A stretch of DNA of 63,843 nt, filler included, from Thraustochytrium aureum (Eukaryota): NCBI GenBank assembly GCA_012862495.1. It is 5 parts of 4 records of this genome, joined end to end, with 100 filler letters (N's around TTAATTAATTAA, not from the genome) between each part and the next. Parts side by side here need not be neighbours in the genome. Positions count along the whole stretch, not along the records: positions 31,853 to 60,774 come from BLSG01000330.1; 4 more parts are not named here. One strand, written 5' to 3'. Below the pieces are notes generated by a model. It made no database searches. It was not told the origin of the DNA and was given only the letters and a program-made list of their open reading frames with translations. The position numbers and the translations under genes are program-made. Shown in pieces: positions 35,196-45,896 of the stretch; the stretch's first letter is position 1; every line of letters begins with the position of its first letter.

Positions 35196-35474
35196 GATGC
35201 GCGTGTCTGGGCACCAGCGGCGCGTGGTCGTAAGTAGAGTTAAGTACTCGTACTTCTGGCCAACCAGGCGAGCGGGCGAGACATCAACGCGGCGCACGAA
35301 AACATCGACCTGCCCTCGGCACGCGAAAGCAGCGCCTGATCGAGTGCGAGCTGCACGACATGTCGATGCGCGTCCCTGGGCACCAGCGGCGCGTGATCGT
35401 AAGTCTACTGGTAGTACTTGAGACCAACCAGGCGAGCGGACGAGACACCAACGCGGCGCACGAGAGCATCGACC
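35196..35474 (+). repeat. Diverged direct duplication of about 110 bp (35196-35310 and 35365-35474)
   Basis: GATGCGCGT..CTGGGCACCAGCGGCGCGTG.TCGTAAGT...CCAACCAGGCGAGCGG.CGAGACA.CAACGCGGCGCACGA.A.CATCGACC occurs in both copies. Confidence 0.85.
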
Positions 35475-35889
35475 ACACCGACTCGCGTGAACGCTGTGCG
35501 AGCGTGCCGCCGTTCTCTGTTCGCGCGTCGTTCGTGCGGTCGCTCGACGGCGTAACGCATCTTTTGACGGTCGCGGGTCGAGTACAGCGTGGCGTACGTA
35601 TGCGAAAGTGTCGAGGACGAGGACGTGCGAATGAGGTGGTCGGCGAACATGGAGATCGAGTAGTTGCACAAGGTCCAGGCAACAGATTTATTGCCCGGCG
35701 GCGTGCGTGCCATTGTTGCCCGAGGGCGCCGTAGCGTACGCTGCGTCGCGGGCCGTGGCCAGCGCGGCAAGTCTGGCCGCGCCGCCTGTATCGCGCGTTT
35801 ATGGTGGCATTCGTGGCGTCTTGGTGATGATTGGTCGATCATCGACCGGGCGCAGATCCTCGGCAGGCGCTCGGTCGGCCCGCGGCGAG

Positions 35890-38837
35890 ATGCGCAGTCG
35901 GCCGAGCGAACCCGACGCCCGCGGCGGTCGAGCCGAGGCGGCGGGGAGCGGCGAGGTGGACGGTCTCGACGATGATGAGGTGCTCGCACTTGGGCCTCGG
36001 GCCGCGAGAGCTGCGCGCGAGAAACGCAGGTCTAGGGCGGCTCCGCGCAAGGCCTCGCTCACGGACGCGCTGCTTGACCCTGACGAATTGCGCGAGATCG
36101 ATAGGATGCGCGAGGCGAAGCGGGCGGAAGCGGCCAGCCCCAAGCTGGCGGAAGAGACGGAACCTATGTCGCCAGAGGAGACACGCGGGTTGCGGCTGGC
36201 CTCTGGCGCGCAGCACAGACTCCACAAACGGCGCAAGGCGCTCTTGCAAGCCGCATTCGCCGAGGTGGCAGACACGGGCGGCGAACTTGGTGCGCCTTTG
36301 AAAGCGTGCTTGGCGCAGTGCACGCCAAAGGGGCGCCAGCTCATGGTTGACTTTTTCTCCGAGTCCGAAGGCCGCTCGCTTATCTCGGACTCAGACCTGC
36401 GCGAGCGCCACCTGTCGCGGCAGGAATATTTTAGCTTCTGGGCCTATCAGAGCGCCCAAACGACAGATTTTGCAGAGTTTGCAAGCTTTATTAATGTCAG
36501 CGAAGCACATGCGGCTGCAACGGCTGGCGCCGTCTCCATGCAGGAGATTCTGGCACGCTCCGCAATGCACGTCCGGCCGGTCGAGCTTGCGCAGCGCATC
36601 TGGGCGCAGCGAGCCAAGAACCGGCGACCCACCTCGAAACTCGGCGAGGTCCTCCCGAGCGCTCCAGAGCGCCCGCTTGATGGCCCGGACGGCAGCAAGG
36701 TGAGCGCCCTAGGTGGCGCACAACAAAGCGATCTGGGGCGCGCTCAAAATATTCGCGAGGCAGAGCCGCAAAGCGTGCGCGAGGACACCTCCGAGCAAGG
36801 GGCGAGCGACGCGGACGCAGACGCCGACGCAGACGTGGACGACTTGGACGAGTCCGTCACATGGTGGCCTTTCGTTGTCCGCAGGTTTGTGCGAGACAGG
36901 GAGGCGACACTCCGGGGTCGATACCCGAGCAACACCGGCGAGATCGTGCAGCTGTGCAAGCGCGAGAGTCTCAAAAGCCTTGCGCCGCACGTTGGCGAGA
37001 AGGTGCTCGAGGTGGACCTCCACTGTTCCGAACCCCTTGTCCAGGGCCCGGCCGACAACGAAGCCTATAAAGCCGCCTTGGAGGCCGGGCGCTGCCGCAG
37101 AGCATCTGCTGCGCGGGATAGCAGGGTCGCGGCCGCGCTGAGCGCGTGGTGGGCTCTGCTCAACCCCGCACCGACAAAGTCACAGGTTCAAACCCTCGCC
37201 CAGGTCTCAGCCGCAAGTGACTGCGCACCAGGCCTCGTCGACATTCTGGAGCGGCGCGCGTCCCTCAGGGCGAGGCTCTTGGTACTCCACGGGCGCAAGC
37301 CACTGCGCGACGCGCACATCAAGGACAACGCGCAAGCGCCGCCGCAGGATTCGCCTCCGGTGCAAGCCAACGAGGCAGACGAGGCGCAGGGCCTGGACTT
37401 GACGCAACCCAGCTCACCGCTCTCCCCAAAGCAAATCCAAGAAGCTCGATCCTTCCGCGAAGAGGCCGAGCAACGGGAGCAGCGCAAGAGCATCCGAAAG
37501 AAGATGCTGAGCGGCGTGTTCACCTTTGACGCAGAAACGCTCTGCTCCGTTGGGAACCCCTTCGACCGCGAGGAGGGCAAGAAAATCAAGGTTGCCAAAG
37601 AGACCCAGCAGCTCGCCGACGAGGCTCGCGCGAAGGAGGCAAAGCGGCGCCTCGACGAAGCCCACGACGCTGCGGGAGAGCCCACAATGTCCCTGGAGGC
37701 TTTTCTCCAAGCCGAAGAGGCCATTTACGGAGCTCTCGTGGGGCACGACGCCAAGCACGTCCAAGCTGCGCGGCAAGCGGGCTTGCTCGACTTTCGCCGC
37801 GCTTGTCAGCATTCGTCGGGAGGGGCGCGTTCCCGGGTGCTCACTCGAGCGCAGTGGGCGACGTCGATGCTCGAGCTCGTCGACCTCTGGACTAACACGG
37901 CGCAGCCGGAGGAGTGCGCAGGGTTTTTGCAAGAGTTGCTGTGCCTGGTTGCTTCGAGCAGCGCCATGCTCGGGCTTCGGACGGCCCAGCAGGAACTTCG
38001 AGCGCGGGCCATAGCCCGCGTCCTGCCTGGGATGGACTGGTTTGACGGGCCATTGCCATGTGGCGAGGAGCCCCGGGCCGGACACCTACATTGAGGCGCG
38101 GTGGCCGTGCACCCTTGGCGAGCCGTACCTTCGAGCCCAGGCGTGGACGCTGCCGGCGCGAGAGGGCGACCTGCAGGCGAGGCGGCGAGCCCCACCACGC
38201 GGGTGCGACTNNNNNNNNNNNNNNNNNNNNNNNNNNNNNNNNNNNNNNNNNNNNNNNNNNNNNNNNNNNNNNNNNNNNNNNNNNNNNNNNNNNNNNNNNN
38301 NNNNNNNNNNNNNNNNNNNNNNNNNNNNNNNNNNNNNNNNNNNNNNNNNNNNNNNNNNNNNNNNNNNNNTCATTTGCTGTTGTGTCTGCGCCGTCGCGCC
38401 TCGGTCGACGTGGCGGGGCAGGCGGGGAGGTGGCGCCATGCATGAGCTTTCAGCCGGGCTATCTTGACCGCGTTCAAGGTCGTCTGCACGAGCCAGGGCC
38501 GTTGATTCTGAGGCCGCGACTGCCGCCGGCGCGACGCGTTCGGCAGCAAAGCGACCCGAGAGGTGCGCCATGCGCTGCTGAGCCGACGGAACAATCAGCG
38601 AAGACGGCCCGAACGACAGCCCTCGCAAAGCTGCGGACAGCCGAGATCGATGATTTTTCGGTTGACAAGAGACGCCTTGGGATCTTGCCGCGCGCTGAGC
38701 GCAAGCTTCAGGTGTACTTGGCTGGACGTGGTTCACGCGTGAGTTCTTTGGCGGAACGGGAGGTCGCGGAGACCTGGGCTCGGCAGCGCCGTCGCGCCGC
38801 GTCGGTTGGCGCGGCTGGGGCTTGGTTTAACTCGTAG
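35890..38837 (+). CDS. Large hypothetical protein with a possible degenerate EF-hand-like domain; intact frame ends at 38094, continuation beyond the gap to 38837 is inferred
   Basis: About 735-codon open frame. Segment MSLEAFLQAEEAIYGALV...LTRAQWATSMLELVDLWTNTAQPEECAGFLQELL. Confidence 0.5.
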
Positions 38838-39484
38838 CGATTTCAGGTAAGCCCCCGAGTCGCGGAAGACCCACCCGACGCGGGCCCTTCAGCGATCGGA
38901 AAGGTGTGCTGGCAACGAAACAACGCGCCAAGACCTTGGGCGGGGCCGTGCTCGCTGGAAATACAGCAAGCGCAGGGCGGGTGCGGGTGGGGGCAAAGCT
39001 GGACGCTTGCGAGCTTGCATTTTGTGAGAGAACCGCAAGCGAACGAGCGTCCTTGCCAAAGTGTAGTTTCATAGTTTCCAAAGTAGAGCAAAATTGCTAC
39101 CTGCCAACGGATCGCCGCGCCGTGGCACTGTCTGTCTGACAGACGGCGCTGGGCGCGGCCTTCTCCATAGACACGGTGAGCATCTATTCGAAGCACCCAA
39201 TGAGGGGCGCCAATGCCGCCCGCCCTTCCAAGTGTGCTCCGGGGTGTTCTTGGCCAAGTTGGCCGTGCGAGACCCTAAACCCTCCCACATAACGGAGAAG
39301 GGCCCAGAGGTCTTCAGCACCAAAGTGACGCGGCCGGGCTCGCCGCCCCCTTCTCGTTTGCCTGGACCTCCCTGGGGCCATCAGACTGCAGAGACGGGGC
39401 GTTGCGGACCGGCCGCACAAAGTAAAATGCGGGCCTTAGGTAAGGCTCCCACGGTCCTTCGACGACAAGCCGCGAGGAGTAAGC

Positions 39485-40161
39485 TCACCGATTTGCCCCG
39501 TCGCGGGCGTTTCGAGGCCGCGGCGGCTGTTGCGGCGCACCCGAGCTAGCCGCTGGCTGCCCAGAAGCATCAGCGCCATGCGGGCCCGATTGAGTCCAGG
39601 GCGAAGATGGCTGCTGGACAGGCTGCTGGCCGCGGCGCATGTGGGCTTGCTGGGTTGAGAGGCGCTCCTTGAGGAGCTGGATCTCGAGGTCTTTCTCCTC
39701 GAACTCCTTCTTGATGCACTTGACGGCCTCGCGCACATTTGCGGGGAGGCTGTCGTCCTCCAGAACCTCCCAAGCCTCTCCCTCGGGGCGGCGCGCGCGC
39801 TTGTGCGGCTGCGGCGGTTCCAGGCTGGAGCCCGCAATACGTGACGCGCCGGACCCCGCGTTCTTTCCTTTTGGCGCTAAGCTTGTCTTCTTGCCGGCAG
39901 CAGGCACTCTCACGCCGTCGAGACTCTGAGAGCTGTTTGAGGTGACGGTGGAAGCCGGCGTGCTGCCCAGGCCTGCAGGGCCTTTGTCGGCCCCACTAGC
40001 TTGGCGTGCCCTGCGGCCGCGTTTTTGCCGCCCTTTTGCATCTTGTCCGCCTTCTGCGCCGACCGTCGTTGGGTGGCTGGTCAATTGGCCCGAAGGCTGG
40101 CCTCCCTGGGGCCCAGTCGTGGCTGCGGCTCGCTCTGCCCTGATGACAGAGCACCTGGGAG
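39485..40161 (-). CDS. C-terminal fragment of a low-complexity protein with a short coiled coil; 5' part in gap
   Basis: Open frame from the gap edge through DGQKRGRRARQ-like basic patch and VREAVKCIKKEFEEKDLEIQLLKERL. Confidence 0.45.
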
Positions 40162-41550
40162 NNNNNNNNNNNNNNNNNNNNNNNNNNNNNNNNNNNNNNN
40201 NNNNNNNNNNNNNNNNNNNNNNNNNNNNNNNNNNNNNNNNNNNNNNNNNNNNNNNNNNNNNNNNNNNNNNNNNNNNNNNNNNNNNNNNNNNNNNNNNNNN
40301 NNNNNNNNNNNNNNNNNNNNNNNNNNNNNNNNNNNNNNNNNNNNNNNNNNNNNNNNNNNNNNNNNNNNNNNNNNNNNNNNNNNNNNNNNNNNNNNNNNNN
40401 NNNNNNNNNNNNNNNNNNNNNNNNNNNNNNNNNNNNNNNNNNNNNNNNNNNNNNNNNNNNNNNNNNNNNNNNNNNNNNNNNNNNNNNNNNNNNNNNNNNN
40501 NNNNNNNNNNNNNNNNNNNNNNNNNNNNNNNNNNNNNNNNNNNNNNNNNNNNNNNNNNNNNNNNNNNNNNNNNNNNNNNNNNNNNNNNNNNNNNNNNNNN
40601 NNNNNNNNNNNNNNNNNNNNNNNNNNNNNNNNNNNNNNNNNNNNNNNNNNNNNNNNNNNNNNNNNNNNNNNNNNNNNNNNNNNNNNNNNNNNNNNNNNNN
40701 NNNNNNNNNNNNNNNNNNNNNNNNNNNNNNNNNNNNNNNNNNNNNNNNNNNNNNNNNNNNNNNNNNNNNNNNNNNNNNNNNNNNNNNNNNNNNNNNNNNN
40801 NNNNNNNNNNNNNNNNNNNNNNNNNNNNNNNNNNNNNNNNNNNNNNNNNNNNNNNNNNNNNNNNNNNNNNNNNNNNNNNNNNNNNNNNNNNNNNNNNNNN
40901 NNNNNNNNNNNNNNNNNNNNNNNNNNNNNNNNNNNNNNNNNNNNNNNNNNNNNNNNNNNNNNNNNNNNNNNNNNAACAACCTCCTCACCTTGCCAAGTGT
41001 CCTCGCACACAACGAACAGCTCTTCGCTCGCGAGCAAAACGAACAAAACGAACGCGAAACGAACGCAAAACGAACGCGCAGAACGAACGCGGTTACTTAC
41101 CGACCGCAAAGTCCCCTGCAAAGAACAGAGTGAACAATGGGCACGCGCAGCGCGCATCCAAGGTGAGAACAGAACGAGCGAACGAGCCCGGGCGGGGTGT
41201 ATTCTACCGGTAGTGTACATACACACAGGTAGCCTACCGCCCTGCTACGCCACAATCACAAACTGGCAAGCGAGAGCCCAGTCGAGCAGTCGCGCGAGCG
41301 TTCATCTCGCGATCCGGTTTGCACTCTCGCCGAGTCTCTCGGGCAAAGGAAACGCGGAGCTCCGGAGGCAGCGCCCTGAACGCGCTCCGGACCACTGCCA
41401 GGGCGGTTGCAATCGCCGAGTCTGCGGCGTCTGACACAGGCCTGCCTTGCTGTTGGTGGACCCAGTCCCCTCGGTCGGAGCGCACAGCGGCCGCCATACG
41501 CGCGTACAGGTGCGCTCGCGGCCTGGCGTTGGGTTTGTGCTCGGTCAACG

Positions 41551-42426
41551 ATGGAGGTGCCCGCTGGAGCCCAGATTGACGAAGACCTGCTGATGGGACT
41601 GGACGAGGAAGACGAGGAGAGCGCCAAGTCGAAGCCAAAGGTCGCGGTGCCCACCGCAGCAAAGTCAGGGAGCCTGTACCCCACGCTGCCCCTCCCAGCC
41701 TCGCGCAAGGAGACGCCGGCCCCGCGCAAGGAGACGCCGGCCCCGCGCGAGGCGGAACGGAGCCAACACCAGCGCATGTACCCAGCCCTCCCGACGGAGC
41801 CGACACCGCCAAGAGCGCAAGCGCCAGCACCGAAACGCGAGGCGGCAGGACGAAGGAACGAGGCAGCGGATTCAGAATCGGAGGAAGAGGCCGACGATAT
41901 CCCGCTCGAAGAGGATGAACTAGCGCAATGCTGGTTTGAGGTGTTCGAGCAAGTCGGCCTGCCCAGAGAAGCATGCGAGCGCTACGCGCTGGGGTTTAGC
42001 AGGTCTGGCGTAGATGACTCTAACGCGGGCGAGCTGCGCGACGCAGACCTAAGCGAGAACGGAATCACTGACGCGCAGCACCGCGCGACGATTCTGCACC
42101 TGATCCAGGCACTCGTCAGTCGGCAGCAGCAAGCGGAAGAAGGGGAGGCGCGCCGCCTCGCTGCTGAGCGCGGCGAGGTTTCTTGGGAAGACGTCGAGCG
42201 CGCCGAGCGGACCCTCAAAGCACAGATCGACAAGGTCGATGGCATCGAGGCTCGCATCGCCGCGATCCTTGCTGGGGACACAGACCGGCAGCGCGCATTC
42301 CACGCCCGCCTCGCCGAGGAGCGCGCCAAGCGCGAAGCAGCTCGCGAGGAGTCCCGTCGCAAGCGGGCGTTGCGCCGCGCTAAGCGCACGCTCGACCGTG
42401 TCAAGGCGGACCTGGGCGACGCCTAG
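41551..42426 (+). CDS. SAM-domain protein with Pro-rich N-terminus and C-terminal coiled coil
   Basis: WFEVFEQVGLPREACERYALGFSRSGVDDSNAGELRDADLSENGITDAQHRATILHLI matches the SAM pattern. RKETPAP occurs twice (21-bp coding repeat). Confidence 0.7.
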   Translation: MEVPAGAQIDEDLLMGLDEEDEESAKSKPKVAVPTAAKSGSLYPTLPLPASRKETPAPRKETPAPREAERSQHQRMYPALPTEPTPPRAQAPAPKREAAGRRNEAADSESEEEADDIPLEEDELAQCWFEVFEQVGLPREACERYALGFSRSGVDDSNAGELRDADLSENGITDAQHRATILHLIQALVSRQQQAEEGEARRLAAERGEVSWEDVERAERTLKAQIDKVDGIEARIAAILAGDTDRQRAFHARLAEERAKREAAREESRRKRALRRAKRTLDRVKADLGDA

Positions 42427-43220
42427 GCATCGCGCCTTGGCCTGCGCAGCCAGCCAGCGCACCTCCAACCGGCCAGCCGCCGCCTCTCTCCGCCCAGCTA
42501 CGGCAGCCTCGGTCCTGTGCGTCGGCCAAGCCGCCTTCTTCCTTCGAGAACGCGGAACGGAGCTCGGGCCGTCGGCGTCATCGGGAAGCCAGACGATGCG
42601 CCCGGCGCCCACTTGTGCACTCCTCCCGCCAACCCCTCAACGCGCCCAAGGCAGTCCGCCGCGCACGCAGGCAGCCACGCACGCAGCGCAAGGAGGCATT
42701 GGCTCGCGCTGAGGCACGCACGGAGGCGCGCGCTGCTCGTCGTCTTCGGGAGCGTGCTGGAGAGGGAGGTCGGGGGAGCGATCCGGCGCGTGCGTGAGCT
42801 TGCGCCTCACCCTGCCCACCTCGCTCGCCTGCGAGGCTTGGGGCGCGTAGACCGGNNNNNNNNNNNNNNNNNNNNNNNNNNNNNNNNNNNNNNNNNNNNN
42901 NNNNNNNNNNNNNNNNNNNNNNNNNNNNNNNNNNNNNNNNNNNNNNNNNNNNNNNNNNNNNNNNNNNNNNNNNNNNNNNNNNNNNNNNNNNNNNNNNNNN
43001 NNNNNNNNNNNNNNNNNNNNNNNNNNNNNNNNNNNNNNNNNNNNNNNNNNNNNNNNNNNNNNNNNNNNNNNNNNNNNNNNNNNNNNNNNNNNNNNNNNNN
43101 NNNNNNNNNNNNNNNNNNNNNNNNNNNNNNNNNNNNNNNNNNNNNNNNNNNNNNNNNNNNNNNNNNNNNNNNNNNNNNNNNNNNNNNNNNNNNNNNNNNN
43201 NNNNNNNNNNNNNNNNNNNC

Positions 43221-43975
43221 AGCTTGATGTGCTGCCCCAGCAGACGTTCCGGGATATAAAGGAGCTGCTCGCAGCGGAGCTGCAGGTCGACCCCGATCGT
43301 CTGGAGCTGTCGTTTGAGGGTGACGGCTCGATCCCAGACTCGGCGACGCTCGAGAACGCCCAAGTGCATGAAAACGATTTGCTTGCCGTGGCCGTGGCAG
43401 GCGCCGCGGCGCCAGGCTCTGAGCACCGCGCCTCGCTCCGGCACTCGCTGTCTCGGATGACGGCCGGAGACCTGTACCAGCAAGCGCTGATCGAGTCGGA
43501 GATTGCCAAACAAAACATCCAGGACAACTTGGAGAGGGCATTCGAGGAGTCCCCCGAGGCTTTTGCTTCGGTTCTTATGCTCTTCATCGACGTCGAGGTG
43601 AACGGCACAGGGGTCAAGGCCTTTGTTGACTCGGGGGCACAGACGACCGTAATGAGCCGCGCCTGCGCCGAGCGGTGCGGCATCATGCGTCTTGTCGACC
43701 ACAGGTTTGCCGGCGTCGCTGTTGGTGTGGGCCAAGCCAAGATCCTCGGCAGGGTCCACCTCGCCCCGATCAAGATTGGCTCGCAGCTCTACAACTGTTC
43801 GTTCACTGTCCTGGACGGGAGCATGAACATGGACCTCCTCCTTGGCCTGGACATTTTGAAGAAGCACCAGATGATGATCGACCTGCGCAACGACTGCTTG
43901 CACGTTGGGGACTCTGACGAGATGATCCCTTTCCTCGGGGAGTCCGAGGTGCCCGCGCACGCGCGTTTGCACTGA
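43221..43975 (+). CDS. DDI1: DNA damage-inducible protein 1 (UBL plus retroviral-like aspartyl protease); start in gap
   Basis: PEAFASVLMLFIDVEVNG..VKAFVDSGAQTTVMS..CAERCGIMRLVD.RF.G.A.GVG..KILGRVH; preceded by a UBL-like segment. Confidence 0.92.
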
Positions 43976-45896
43976 GCTTGGGGCGCCCGGCGGCGCCACG
44001 CACTAGCTAGCTAGCTCCACAACTGCGCAAAAGTTGGCGTTCCAATTGACGACGCGGCGCCTCCATAGAGCGAGCGTGCAAGGAGGCTCGGCCGGGACTG
44101 GGGAGCCTCGCTAGCTCTAGAGGGCCTCGTCGCTAGCTCTAGAGCTAGCTCGTAGAGTAGTTGCCCGCATCGGTTGTCTTGGAAGGTTGCAGCTCCTGCA
44201 GGAAGCGCCTCGCCCGAGCACGGGCGTCCTCCGCGGGAGCCGTGCTTGTCTTGAATGACGTCGACCCGCAATCTCCCTTGCTTGGACACGGCAGGTCTGG
44301 GTCAACATATCCAGCGCGCAGCCTCCTCAGTGGCGCAGCGAGACGGCCCACTAGCTGAATCCTGCTTTTCTCACGAGCTCTCTAGAGAGGCACGGTTCGG
44401 AAGTGCCATTTCCTTCAGCTTGACGAGGCCGCGCCTTCCGCCCCATTGCGCGTGGCATCTGTACCGGGAACTCCGCGTACAGGTAGGCTACGTATCTTCC
44501 GTTCACAAACGCACAAACCTCCTGGGGGCTGTGTCGATCGAGAGGCAGCGGAGGGCGCCGCCCGAGAGCATCGATGCACACCCGCGCGCGCAAGCGCCCA
44601 GAGTAGAGTAGGCCCTCGACCAAGTACTACATGCTGTGCTTGCAGGACGAGCAATTGGTCCCCCATCGACAGGCACGGGGCAATCAGCGATCTGAATCAG
44701 CATTTAGCACGAAATGCACTTGGGCAACCAACGATCTGCATGNNNNNNNNNNNNNNNNNNNNNNNNNNNNNNNNNNNNNNNNNNNNNNNNNNNNNNNNNN
44801 NNNNNNNNNNNNNNNNNNNNNNNNNNNNNNNNNNNNNNNNNNNNNNNNNNNNNNNNNNNNNNNNNNNNNNNNNNNNNNNNNNNNNNNNNNNNNNNNNNNN
44901 NNNNNNNNNNNNNNNNNNNNNNNNNNNNNNNNNNNNNNNNNNNNNNNNNNNNNNNNNNNNNNNNNNNNNNNNNNNNNNNNNNNNNNNNNNNNNNNNNNNN
45001 NNNNNNNNNNNNNNNNNNNNNNNNNNNNNNNNNNNNNNNNNNNNNNNNNNNNNNNNNNNNNNNNNNNNNNNNNNNNNNNNNNNNNNNNNNNNNNNNNNNN
45101 NNNNNNNNNNNNNNNNNNNNNNNNNNNNNNNNNNNNNNNNNNNNNNNNNNNNNNNNNNNNNNNNNNNNNNNNNNNNNNNNNNNNNNNNNNNNNNNNNNNN
45201 NNNNNNNNNNNNNNNNNNNNNNNNNNNNNNNNNNNNNNNNNNNNNNNNNNNNNNNNNNNNNNNNNNNNNNNNNNNNNNNNNNNNNNNNNNNNNNNNNNNN
45301 NNNNNNNNNNNNNNNNNNNNNNNNNNNNNNNNNNNNNNNNNNNNNNNNNNNNNNNNNNNNNNNNNNNNNNNNNNNNNNNNNNNNNNNNNNNNNNNNNNNN
45401 NNNNNNNNNNNNNNNNNNNNNNNNNNNNNNNNNNNNNNNNNNNNNNNNNNNNNNNNNNNNNNNNNNNNNNNNNNNNNNNNNNNNNNNNNNNNNNNNNNNN
45501 NNNNNNNNNNNNNNNNNNNNNCACGAAGGCATCGAGTTTCTGTCAGCCTCCTCTCGATCCCAGAGGGCCATTCGAGGACGATTCGGCTGTTCGATGCAGC
45601 GATGGCGTTGGCGTATAGCGAGGACGCGCAGGAGAGCGCCATTCCCCTTCGTACGCGCAGAGGGAGGCGAGGCCGCGGCAGAGGCGCATTGAGGCCGCGC
45701 GGCGATCGGTCTCTGCTGCGCTCTAAAGAGGAGCGAAGAGGGCCGTCGCGAGCTGCCGTCGCGAGCTGCCGAGAGGCCGAGGACGGACGCGCCGTGGACA
45801 CGGGACGCGCTGGACGCCGGCGAAGGCGGACGACCGCCGGCGGGCCGCAGGATGGAGCGGCTCGGGGTGCGCGCTCTGGAGGCGGCAGGCGTCGTG

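Noticed and set aside
38843..39480. ORFs between the orphan gene and the 39485 fragment; likewise 44011-44742
   Set aside because: No supportable protein similarity or coding signature.
42440..42855. Possible N-terminal extension of DDI1 or a SAM-DDI1 fusion
   Set aside because: The SAM gene stops at 42426, the segment has no UBL similarity, and the gap prevents any linkage.
43560..43900. Retrotransposon aspartic protease
   Set aside because: The DSGAQ motif context and upstream UBL identify cellular DDI1. No gag, RT, integrase or LTRs are present.
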